From Candidatus Bathyarchaeota archaeon (GTDB lineage Archaea > Thermoproteota > Bathyarchaeia > Bathyarchaeales > Bathyarchaeaceae): 47,149 bases of DNA. Where the stretch lies: NCBI GenBank assembly GCA_029882515.1, contig JAOUKN010000002.1, positions 1 through 47,149 of the forward strand, given 5' to 3'. The position numbers and the translations under genes were made by a program. Under the pieces are notes generated by a model that saw nothing but the letters and a program-made list of their open reading frames with translations, searched no databases and was not told the DNA's origin. This document shows, in pieces, positions 36,465-45,185 of the stretch (position 1 is its first letter; each line of letters begins with the position of its first letter).

Positions 36465-38120
36465 ATGGTGGAAAACATGCCTCCTAAATTAGTTAGGTTC
36501 CTTCTTTCATTTGCAGTCCCCGCAAAGGACCGCAAAAAACGCTTCACAGAGAAGATGGAAAAGGGAGCTATTTTATGCTTTGCAGAGTTAGAGCGGAAGA
36601 AAGGTAAAGGGCGCATTCTGAAAAGAACGACAGAGGAGATAGCCTTTATTGCTCAAGCTTGTTACCCAACGTGGTTGGTTCCATGGAAGAGAGGGACTCT
36701 TATTTTTGACGGACTCGGTATCATGGCACACACCTTTTCTTATGCCACGTTACCCGACGTCAGAACGTTTATCACTAATATTGATGGAGATTCCATGAAT
36801 CATGAAGCGTACCTTGCCTTTCTTTCCAGCAATCTTAACTACTTTCAAGGGTTCACAAGAGAAGAAGGGAAAACCGTAAAAGGTCTTGTTACAAGTCCAG
36901 ATTTTGTCGGAGATTTTGCTTCCTATCTTTCTTCAGCCAAAAAAATCAATGGATCAGCACCAAATAAAATTCTTCTATCTCCAACAATGGATGAAGCAGA
37001 GGCCTCTATTTCCATAAAAGAGATTTCAAGCCTTAGAACAAGGTTAACACAAGATATTGCAGATTTGCATGGAGTCATGCGCTTGCTAAATAGCACTGCA
37101 GAAAGATATGTAAAGAGTTTTGAAAAAGAAATTGGGAAAGTTAGAAAGGAATTTGACAAAAGAATAGAAGTCCTTAAACCTTCAGTTATGAAAAAGATTC
37201 GAAAGATTCAGAAAGAATATGACAAGAAAATATCACTATATTCTGGAGACATAGGGGGTCAGCTCCATCTTCTCCATCAAGAATACATCAAACTTGAGAA
37301 AGAAAAAGAAAGAAAGAGTGAGAACATTAACCGTTGTGAAGTAGAAATAAAGTCCTGTAGGCTTCGCAAAGATGGGGCTGGTGAACTTCGATGGAGACAA
37401 GACATAGAAAATTACAGAAGGGAGATTTCGGCTTTAGACAAGAAACTCAAAGATGTCCAACAAAAAGTAAAGGACACAGAATCGATGAAAAAAGATGAAA
37501 TATCCAAAATCAGAGCAAAGTGTGACAAAGAAGTCGACAAGATCATGGATGACGTGCGGAACGTAGAGGCTTCACGTGATGCCAAGATTCACATAATGCA
37601 GAAAGAAATGGAGTCTCTTCAGGATATGACCTCTCAGGTCGTGGAACAGATCAATAAACTGGTTAAATTGAAGAGGCAAACCATAAGCAATCTTGATCAG
37701 GTTGGTCTGGCTAAAAAACGGAGAACCTATGCCCTAACGTACATACCCTTCTACCTTATCTGCTATCAAGCAGGGCCGAAGAGAAGATACGTCATATATC
37801 CTCCATCCATTGCGGGAAGCATGGGAATTTTGACAAAATTCAAAGGGGTTTTTGGGGTGGCAAAGACAAAGTCCCTTTTGCAGTTTCGTTCAGGGCCCAT
37901 AACCAGTCTCATCAGCCAGATCATAATGTTGTTGGAGAAGAATCCTGTGTTTGAAAAGGAAATGTATGATGCGGGAACTGAATCTAATATTTTGCGCACG
38001 AATGAATTGAAGGAACACTTAAGACAGGGATTGAGAGAATTGAAAGATGAAGGGTGGATCTCAGAAAGCGAGCTTGAAGTGTTCACTGCCCCTCTAGCAA
38101 AAGTTCAGATGAGGCAGTGA
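36465..38120 (+). CDS. Hypothetical coiled-coil protein (551 aa)
   Basis: N-terminal globular part (~160 aa), a Lys/Glu-rich heptad-like central region of about 230 aa (KKIRKIQKEYDKKI ..., KLKDVQQKVKDTESMKKDE ...), and a C-terminal globular part (YIPFYLICYQAGPKRRYVIYPPS ...). No family recognised. Confidence 0.7.
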   Translation: MVENMPPKLVRFLLSFAVPAKDRKKRFTEKMEKGAILCFAELERKKGKGRILKRTTEEIAFIAQACYPTWLVPWKRGTLIFDGLGIMAHTFSYATLPDVRTFITNIDGDSMNHEAYLAFLSSNLNYFQGFTREEGKTVKGLVTSPDFVGDFASYLSSAKKINGSAPNKILLSPTMDEAEASISIKEISSLRTRLTQDIADLHGVMRLLNSTAERYVKSFEKEIGKVRKEFDKRIEVLKPSVMKKIRKIQKEYDKKISLYSGDIGGQLHLLHQEYIKLEKEKERKSENINRCEVEIKSCRLRKDGAGELRWRQDIENYRREISALDKKLKDVQQKVKDTESMKKDEISKIRAKCDKEVDKIMDDVRNVEASRDAKIHIMQKEMESLQDMTSQVVEQINKLVKLKRQTISNLDQVGLAKKRRTYALTYIPFYLICYQAGPKRRYVIYPPSIAGSMGILTKFKGVFGVAKTKSLLQFRSGPITSLISQIIMLLEKNPVFEKEMYDAGTESNILRTNELKEHLRQGLRELKDEGWISESELEVFTAPLAKVQMRQ

Positions 38121-38167
38121 ATTGGGAAACTTACGTTCTTAGATCCATTTACATGCATAGACCATTT

Positions 38168-39529
38168 CTACAACGCATATTTCTTTCCGTATTCTACCAA
38201 CTGGACGTCTTTGTCTAGTTTTCTGAACAGATGTGGATTTTCTGTGTGTATAGGGAAGATCTTTTTTGGGTGAATGTAGTCAATTAGCTCTATTAGTTGT
38301 TGTCTGTTTAGATGACCAGAAGCGTGGAGCTGGTGAAATTTGATTCTGAAGTGATCTAGCCAGTTCTGCATGATCGTATCTTCTATATCTTCTTCACTAT
38401 ATGGTTCACTCATGCTGTGGATGAAGTGACTATTGAGATCTGGTCTTATGTCGATAAGTTCTGCGAACTGGTAAAAATCCAAATCCATGACAATTTCGCT
38501 TTGATGTTTGTGCACGAACTTGTGATTTACCATTTTTTCCATGAACTCCCGTTCCCAAACGTAATAATCTGCTTCATGGAACTTCCCAGTTTTTTTCCTT
38601 TTATAATAAATTAGAATGTTCTCATCTTTCATGGGATCTGGAAGAAGAAGACGTTTGTCTTGAGTAAGTCTGCTAAGTAGATGGGCAGTTTTCGGAGATA
38701 CGGCGAGTTTTCTGTCGTTGTCTTTAGCGACACTATAAACTGTTCTGAATCTATCTGTGTCCCGTCCGTAGCGGGTAACAAATACTATCTTGTTTGTCTT
38801 GGAGACAATATCGTTGCTCAGTTTCTCTACTTGTACTTCGGAGTAGTTCTTTCTTCTCTCATTCTCAACCATCCTAGTTCCCTCACTTATCATAGCCACT
38901 GGCTCAGATTCACATGCCTTGTCAATGAACTCTTCTGTCATATCCTTGCGAGGTCCATGAGCTCGAAGGTCTCCAGTGTACACGATTGCGCCTTTCGAAG
39001 TGTGAACTATGAAACCATAGGAAGCGGGAATAGAATGGTCAACATGAATAGGGACTATAACTACGTGTTCAATTCGTATTTTGTCTCCTGTTCTGAATGT
39101 TTTGTACGGATGTTTTCCAAAATTGGTGGTGCTGGTGGATTCCATTGATTCAATGAATATTTTCGTTCCGTAACCGCAATAAACCGTAATTTTTTCGTCA
39201 AGGAATGGAATGTGTCCTATGTGATCTACGTGGGCATGAGATAGAAACACGGCGTCAACCTTCGGTTGAGTGTAGGGAAGGTCTGTGAACGCCAATTGTT
39301 CCTTGCTATATATTCCCTTTATTCTTGGAAGTAAGTTGAACTCAAAGTAGTCTCCTAAGCCATTTACTGCTCTGGGTGTAAGCCATCTTGTGAAATAATC
39401 TGTGCCTGAAGTGAAAGACCGCCCAAAGTCTAGAAAGATTCTGACTCCTTTGTCTTCTAGGAGAACCTTGTTTCCTCCAATCTCATTTAGTCCACCATAA
39501 AATGTAAGCGTCGTCTCATGCTTTGTCAT
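38168..39529 (-). CDS. MBL-fold beta-CASP ribonuclease, archaeal RNase J-like
   Basis: 453 aa. N-terminus LTFYGGLNEIGGNKVLLE, HxHxDH motif (LSHAHVDHIGH), and later His/Asp motifs. The size matches archaeal RNase J. Confidence 0.75.
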   Translation of the reverse strand: MTKHETTLTFYGGLNEIGGNKVLLEDKGVRIFLDFGRSFTSGTDYFTRWLTPRAVNGLGDYFEFNLLPRIKGIYSKEQLAFTDLPYTQPKVDAVFLSHAHVDHIGHIPFLDEKITVYCGYGTKIFIESMESTSTTNFGKHPYKTFRTGDKIRIEHVVIVPIHVDHSIPASYGFIVHTSKGAIVYTGDLRAHGPRKDMTEEFIDKACESEPVAMISEGTRMVENERRKNYSEVQVEKLSNDIVSKTNKIVFVTRYGRDTDRFRTVYSVAKDNDRKLAVSPKTAHLLSRLTQDKRLLLPDPMKDENILIYYKRKKTGKFHEADYYVWEREFMEKMVNHKFVHKHQSEIVMDLDFYQFAELIDIRPDLNSHFIHSMSEPYSEEDIEDTIMQNWLDHFRIKFHQLHASGHLNRQQLIELIDYIHPKKIFPIHTENPHLFRKLDKDVQLVEYGKKYAL

Positions 39530-39640
39530 CTGCAGTCCTCAGCACTATTTTGAAGTGATCTTAATGATCATTAGTCTTTCTGCAAAGTCTCAGTAGTAAT
39601 TTAACCTTTAATGTTATGAATGTATGCCCCGCGCGCGTAT

Positions 39641-39666
39641 CTGTTCTAAACTCTAGTATTAAATAC
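39641..39666 (+). promoter_or_regulatory. Shared promoter-like motif copy 4 (CTGTTCTAAACTCTAGTATTAAATAC)
   Basis: Fourth copy, immediately after a CGCGCGCG run (39630-39637) and 30 nt upstream of ATG 39696. Confidence 0.5.
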
Positions 39667-39695
39667 TGCTCCGTAAGCTGAATATTGGTCTACAT

Positions 39696-41294
39696 ATGCG
39701 TAACATGAAATCTCTTTTAACATTATACTCGTGCATTTTCATAATTCTCGTTATCAACATATCTTCTTCAATTGTACTTGCAGATAGAGGCGGCTTCTCT
39801 CCTCAAACCGAATATGTCTATGAGTCTGGACAAAAAGCGATAATTGCCTGGAACGGAACTGATGAGATACTAATCCTTTCCACTGACATAAGTTCCAATC
39901 AGGATACAATTGTTGTTGAACTTATGCCCCTTCCATCCAACCCCTCAATAACTAAGGGTGAGGATAAATCATTTAAAAAAGTCACAGAACTAATCAACGC
40001 ATATTTCACCACAATTAAACCACGTTATTCGTTCTTAAGACACTTAGGATTGGACTCTGAAGATATTCCGGGTCAACAGAAGGTCACAGTAACTTTTCAA
40101 GAGCACATTGGAATCCATTACATCACTGTGGTACATGCTGAAGAAGCTGATGACCTGACAGTATGGTTAAGAAATTTTCTTGAAACCGAGAGATATAGCA
40201 CAGACCTCCCCACAGCTCTTGACGATTTAATCTCTTTTTATATGCAGAAAGGAATGTACTTCTTCGCTATAGATGTTATAGATGCAAGCTTACCAGTACA
40301 GACTGTTGATACGTTGAAGTATGAATTTGACAGCTCTTTTCTTTACTATCCCTTGCGCATCTCTTCACTCTTCAAAGGAAACACTGATATCTCTCTGTTT
40401 ATGATAACAAGCAACGAACTTGACACTACTTCAATCTCAGAATTAGAGTTTACAAAGAAAGCCCAATTTCAAATTAAAAAAACATGTTTTCCAGAGATTG
40501 AGGAAAATCTAGCGAAGCTTTTTTCAGAAGACCCACATCTATATTATTTTAGATTTGAAGGTTCGTTAGAAAGTTTTGATGACGATATATTCGCTGAATT
40601 CCATACAGGACCTACTACAGGAGTTGTTACTTTAAGTGCACTAGTATTAGGCCTAGGATTTTTCTCTGCAGTTTTGTTCTTCCCTATAGATAAGATGGGT
40701 CTGTTAAATGTTAGAAAAGCTAAACTTTCAATAACTAGAAAACTAGAGATCATTTCATTACTTTTAGTTCTGGTTGGTGTTTACCTATTTTGGAGTGGAC
40801 TTGAGCATCCTTGGAGATTAGAAGAATACGGAGCAAAAGAAGAAGTGCTTATCCCTCTCAGCGGATTACTCGAAAGTAACTTTGCTTTGAATCCCTTAGT
40901 TCTCTTCTCATTTTTAATTTTGATTCTTAGTTATGTCTATCTATTATTTGTGCAAAGAAACTCCAAAGCTTCCTCTATCATTTTGATCACGGGCGCTATC
41001 TTTACAATACTACTAACCTTAACCTCGTACAGCAATTGGTTACATAATATTGGGATACTCCAAACGTTAACAGGCTGTTTATTCATCGTTTTAGGTGCAC
41101 TATTCTCCATTCACCGAATAAGACTCCTACCAATACACGGTATAAACAGAACTCGAGGTACCCAATATGAAACTTACATTATAAGGAGATTAATAATATA
41201 CGTAATTACATTAATTATCATGGTTTTGATTATTTTCTGGATTTTCCGCATCGCTCCATGGGGCTATGTAACATACCTGATTTTTAAAACATGA
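39696..41294 (+). CDS. Membrane protein with an N-terminal DUF2330-like extracytoplasmic domain and a polytopic C-terminal half
   Basis: 532 aa with a signal-like N-terminus. The pattern DRGGFSP...ESGQKAIIAWNGTDEILILS...VVELMPLPSNPSI resembles DUF2330 as I remember it. There are about 6 TM helices after residue 300. Confidence 0.65.
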   Translation: MRNMKSLLTLYSCIFIILVINISSSIVLADRGGFSPQTEYVYESGQKAIIAWNGTDEILILSTDISSNQDTIVVELMPLPSNPSITKGEDKSFKKVTELINAYFTTIKPRYSFLRHLGLDSEDIPGQQKVTVTFQEHIGIHYITVVHAEEADDLTVWLRNFLETERYSTDLPTALDDLISFYMQKGMYFFAIDVIDASLPVQTVDTLKYEFDSSFLYYPLRISSLFKGNTDISLFMITSNELDTTSISELEFTKKAQFQIKKTCFPEIEENLAKLFSEDPHLYYFRFEGSLESFDDDIFAEFHTGPTTGVVTLSALVLGLGFFSAVLFFPIDKMGLLNVRKAKLSITRKLEIISLLLVLVGVYLFWSGLEHPWRLEEYGAKEEVLIPLSGLLESNFALNPLVLFSFLILILSYVYLLFVQRNSKASSIILITGAIFTILLTLTSYSNWLHNIGILQTLTGCLFIVLGALFSIHRIRLLPIHGINRTRGTQYETYIIRRLIIYVITLIIMVLIIFWIFRIAPWGYVTYLIFKT

Positions 41295-41301
41295 AAATCT
41301 G

Positions 41302-42999
41302 CTAATCGCGCACGTTTCTGCAAAGGTTAGAAATAGCCAGAATAATATGTGGTGGCGTAAAAATACTAAAAACTTTGGTATACTTGGGAGAACCCGCATC
41401 CCTCACAGTTTCTTCTTTCCCGCCTCCTTCTAAGTATCCTTCAATGAACTTTCGTACTATGAACTCTACCCCTTTAGTAGAAGAGAACGGAAATGCGTAA
41501 TGGCCGGAGTAATAGAGGAATTCAGCTATGTCCCACGCTTGATTTCCATCTCTTGATGCTTGTTCAAGATCCACAAAATAGAGACCTTTTTCATCTGTAA
41601 CTAGAATGTTCTCGGGTTTGCAGTCTCCAAAGGTGATTCCTAATCTATGGGCTTCAGCGATTTTCTTTCCCACTTCCTTAACTAAAGCAATACCCTCTGG
41701 TGCCTGCCTGCTATTGGATGAAATAATCCGTTTAATATCGTGAACTAAAGTTTCTCCTTTAATGTATTCTTCGAAGATTAAACCTTCTCCTGGGCTTACA
41801 TAAAGAATCTTGGGAACGAGAAACCCTTTTTTGCTCAAGAACTGGTTGATGGAATATTCTCTTTCTAATCTTGACTGCCCAAGAACTGCGAAGGCCTTTG
41901 TCCCCATTGCCCATAATGCAAGTGGAAACCATTTGAACCCGTGCCAATCTTTGAACTTCTTCACTACAATTCTTTGCTCTTCTCCGCCTTTTCGGAGTCT
42001 AAGGTAATAGACATCATTTAGAACACCTCCGGTCTTCTCCACCGTCACGTCTAAAGCTCTTCCATCCGGAACAGTTTTTCTAACGAACTCTTCGATGGTA
42101 GTCTCGTCTGAGAGTGCTACTAGCCCTAAAGGTGTTGATATTAACAGGTATTTCTCAGGTTCTTCCAACTGAGCACTCAGATCGTCGACTTCAACCTCTT
42201 GGTGTGTCTTCCTGAAAATCTCCTCTTCTCTTGTGAAGGGAACTGTCATTTTTGGGAAAACACTTAGAAGATTGGCGAGTGCTGCCTTTTGGAGGGATTT
42301 GAGGAAGGTTGGGATTCGAAGCTTTTGTGTTTTTATAGTTTTGATGAAGTTTGGAGTGATTTTGATATATTTATTGGAGAAGGTTATCTGATCCTCCTCT
42401 GCTAATTCTTTGAGTGCTCGCAGGTATCCTTTCATGGTTGATTCTATGGTTTTGGTTTTTACCGCATTATCTAGCATGTTAAGATAACTGTAAGCTATAG
42501 GTGGGAATAGTCGTGCTCTTTGCTTCATGGCTTTGTACATAAAATATTCTGCTTTGATGAGAAACTCGTGGGACAACTCAGGATATTCCAAAACCATGTT
42601 TTTCAAAAGTTCTTGAATTATTCGTTTCTTCATCTTGACTTCCTTTTGCCATAAATATTCATTATTTTCAAATGATTGGTAAGGAATAGTGATCTTGTCC
42701 GCAACAAACTCGCCTAGCCATCCCTGTTCCACATCACGTTCGAAGGCACGCTTATCAACCACTAAAACCAAGATACTTGTTTCACCCAATGACTTTTGGT
42801 AGCTTTTTAATCTAAGCCGGAAATCCTTTAGGACAAGCAAAATATTTGCGTGATCTTTGTGGTTGGTATCTCTACATATTTGCGAACCATAAAAGCACGC
42901 GGCAACTATTTCTCGGGTACCGGCAATACGCCTACAAATGTCTGAGACCTTTTCTTCGAGTTCTTCACATGAAGTCTGAATCCTTGTTCCCAACCACAT
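41302..42999 (-). CDS. Fusion of a degenerate nucleotidyltransferase-like N-terminal domain with an atypical (RIO/Bud32/Kdo-kinase-like) protein kinase domain
   Basis: 565 aa. The N-terminus has FYGS...KDHANILLVL where minimal NTases carry GS...DxD. The C-terminus has RIVVKKFK (ATP-binding Lys context), FGDCKPENILV (catalytic loop) and YFVDLEQA (metal-binding Asp). Confidence 0.7.
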   Translation of the reverse strand: MWLGTRIQTSCEELEEKVSDICRRIAGTREIVAACFYGSQICRDTNHKDHANILLVLKDFRLRLKSYQKSLGETSILVLVVDKRAFERDVEQGWLGEFVADKITIPYQSFENNEYLWQKEVKMKKRIIQELLKNMVLEYPELSHEFLIKAEYFMYKAMKQRARLFPPIAYSYLNMLDNAVKTKTIESTMKGYLRALKELAEEDQITFSNKYIKITPNFIKTIKTQKLRIPTFLKSLQKAALANLLSVFPKMTVPFTREEEIFRKTHQEVEVDDLSAQLEEPEKYLLISTPLGLVALSDETTIEEFVRKTVPDGRALDVTVEKTGGVLNDVYYLRLRKGGEEQRIVVKKFKDWHGFKWFPLALWAMGTKAFAVLGQSRLEREYSINQFLSKKGFLVPKILYVSPGEGLIFEEYIKGETLVHDIKRIISSNSRQAPEGIALVKEVGKKIAEAHRLGITFGDCKPENILVTDEKGLYFVDLEQASRDGNQAWDIAEFLYYSGHYAFPFSSTKGVEFIVRKFIEGYLEGGGKEETVRDAGSPKYTKVFSIFTPPHIILAISNLCRNVRD

Positions 43000-43005
43000 T
43001 TCGAT

Positions 43006-43476
43006 TTAGCCACATGGAACTTCCGATACGATTATTTCCCTTTTCTTTTCCTGTTTTTTAGGTTTCACTCGCTCACCAATCTTTGTTTTCTCTCCTTCAC
43101 CAGGACAGTTATGTTTTTCTGGAAGCCTGTGGCTTTCACAGTACCAACCGCTACATCTATAACAGTGATAAGGCATTAGAGTTGACTTCAGACAAAAATT
43201 GCAATGAGATGAAGCATAACCCATAGTTGCAACACGTACCTTTGATTTCGGCACGAGTTGTGACAAGATTCTCTTCGCCACTTCTTGGCATTTTTCTCTA
43301 GGTGCATAATCGGGCAGAATTATCAAAACTTCATCTGCACGCTGAACAATCGTGTATCGATAGCCCTCGACTTCTCCGTCCCCGATGCCTCTAACTCGTT
43401 CATGTAACTTCAATACTCGAGTAACTATTTCCCAAGTCAAACCTGAAAGTGCTACTCTAAAAATCAGGTTAGACAC
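43006..43476 (-). CDS. AN1-type zinc-finger protein
   Basis: 156 aa. Residues 92-124 (nt 43105-43203), CNFCLKSTLMPYHCYRCSGWYCESHRLPEKHNC, fit the full AN1 signature C-x2-C-x9-C-x2-C-x4-C-x2-H-x5-H-x-C. The N-terminal domain is unrecognised. The stop is 6 nt before the kinase gene's start. Confidence 0.8.
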   Translation of the reverse strand: MSNLIFRVALSGLTWEIVTRVLKLHERVRGIGDGEVEGYRYTIVQRADEVLIILPDYAPREKCQEVAKRILSQLVPKSKVRVATMGYASSHCNFCLKSTLMPYHCYRCSGWYCESHRLPEKHNCPGEGEKTKIGERVKPKKQEKKREIIVSEVPCG

Positions 43477-43756
43477 CAGATCAACCTCTAAATTCGTGCT
43501 TATACAACTTAATTTAAGGAACTGAATATTTAGGGGCTTCTGATTTAGAAGGGTCTAAATGTAAATGATATACACACGGGGCGAAAGGAGAAAAAATTGC
43601 AGCAACTGAACAAACAGTGAAAAAAGCAACATCAGGAGTCATCACATCACCCATCGCTGGTATTCTCATACTGATAAATGGCTTAATCTCCGTCGCTGGA
43701 GCATCTATGTTGCGTGCGCGCGTTATGTACAAAAATTGTTGTTTGAGGAAGGTTAT

Positions 43757-45118
43757 TTAAGTCGCACTAAACTGCTTCTCGATGCTTTTATAGTAGGTTC
43801 TTAACGCCTTTAATGCCTTGGCAGCTTTTTCTGGTAGGTTATAGACAGGGATGTTGGTGTCCTGTAATACTCTATGAACAAGTGTAAAGTCTTCTCCACC
43901 TGCAGCCACATCCACTACAGGTTTCCCAACATGTTTGTCTATGACTTTAGCGATTGTTAATGCGTCTTCGAGTTCGAAAAAGCATGATTTCAACATGTTT
44001 ATGACCATGACCCCATCCACGTTAGGGTCTGACAAGACTAAATCCAAAACAACTGAGTATCTGTCAGCCCTCGCATCTGCAATTAGGTCGATGGGATTAA
44101 CTGCTTCCAGCCCTGGGTAGCAGTTTTCAATTTCTTTTCTAGTTTTCTCCGACAAAACCGCAAGTTTTAACCTGTTTCTTACAATAGCGTCTGCAGCAAG
44201 GATGGCTGGCCCGCCTACATTGCTTACAATTGCTATGTTATCTCCACGTAAAGGAGGCTGTTTTGCCAAAGCAACTGCAGAATTGATCAGCTCTTCGCCG
44301 TTCTCCACCCGAATGATTCCAGCCTTTTTTAACGCGGCATCAAATACGGTGTCTGATCCGGCTATGGATGCTGTATGAGATAAGGCTCTTTGTGCTGCTT
44401 CTTTTGTCACTCCACCCTTGAGAACTAAAATTGGCTTTGTCTCTACAACTTTTTTTGCTACTTGTATGAATTCTCGTCCATTTTCAATTCCTTCCATGTA
44501 GAGGCATATCACTTTCGTTTGAGAGTCCTCATTAAGATATCTTAGTAGGTCCACATCGTTGATGTCAATTTTGTCCCCCATAAAAGCAAATTTGCTGATG
44601 CCAATATTGTAAAAACATGCCCAGTCAAGGAGACAGGCGCCAACTCCTCCACTTTGAGAGATGACTGAAATGTTGCCTTTTCTCGGCATCAAGTCTCTTT
44701 CAAAGGTTGTGTTTAGACCATTTGCTGTGTTTATTACCCCCATTATGGTGTTTGGACCTAATGTACGAATGCCATACTCCCTCTTGAGAGAAATTAACTG
44801 TTCACGCTCTTGCCTTTTGTAGCCGCCAGTTATCACCACAATCGCTTTAACTCCCATTTCAGCACATTTTTTCAACTGTTCTAACGATTGTCTGGGCGGA
44901 AGAATAATTACACCCAGATCAGGGATCTTTGGCAAATCCCCAAGCCTCATGTAATCTCTTTCTCGGGCGATGTCCAACACAAAGGTCGTTTCCCTGAAAA
45001 ACTTCAACATGTTGTAAATAACGCCATCAAACAGTTGTGGTGACGTCATACCGACCTTCTCTTGGATTTTGCTTGAGCCAATCAGTACGACGCTCTGTGG
45101 CTCAAAAAGGGGGTGCAT
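43757..45118 (-). CDS. ADP-forming acetyl-CoA synthetase (ACD) alpha-subunit-like CoA-binding protein
   Basis: 453 aa with an N-terminal CoA-binding domain (PQSVVLIGSS), succinyl-CoA-synthetase-like domains and the phospho-His context (LSHTASIAGS). No ATP-grasp beta subunit is adjacent. Confidence 0.75.
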   Translation of the reverse strand: MHPLFEPQSVVLIGSSKIQEKVGMTSPQLFDGVIYNMLKFFRETTFVLDIARERDYMRLGDLPKIPDLGVIILPPRQSLEQLKKCAEMGVKAIVVITGGYKRQEREQLISLKREYGIRTLGPNTIMGVINTANGLNTTFERDLMPRKGNISVISQSGGVGACLLDWACFYNIGISKFAFMGDKIDINDVDLLRYLNEDSQTKVICLYMEGIENGREFIQVAKKVVETKPILVLKGGVTKEAAQRALSHTASIAGSDTVFDAALKKAGIIRVENGEELINSAVALAKQPPLRGDNIAIVSNVGGPAILAADAIVRNRLKLAVLSEKTRKEIENCYPGLEAVNPIDLIADARADRYSVVLDLVLSDPNVDGVMVINMLKSCFFELEDALTIAKVIDKHVGKPVVDVAAGGEDFTLVHRVLQDTNIPVYNLPEKAAKALKALRTYYKSIEKQFSAT

Positions 45119-45185
45119 TTCATTAACCTACGGGATTTAGGAAGGACATCTAAAGGCATGTCTGTAGATAAAAGTATTGCAGAAG

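Noticed and set aside
43514-43760. The 72-aa minus-strand ORF (43514..43732), and an alternative 47-aa +-strand GTG ORF (43617..43760) encoding a TM-like peptide MKKATSGVITSPIAGILILINGLISVAG....
   Set aside because: The minus ORF has an implausible composition. The + ORF lacks a well-spaced RBS, and the GGAG is about 30 nt away. It also contains one of the (GC)n runs that are otherwise intergenic, and it overlaps the ACD stop. The evidence is insufficient for either.
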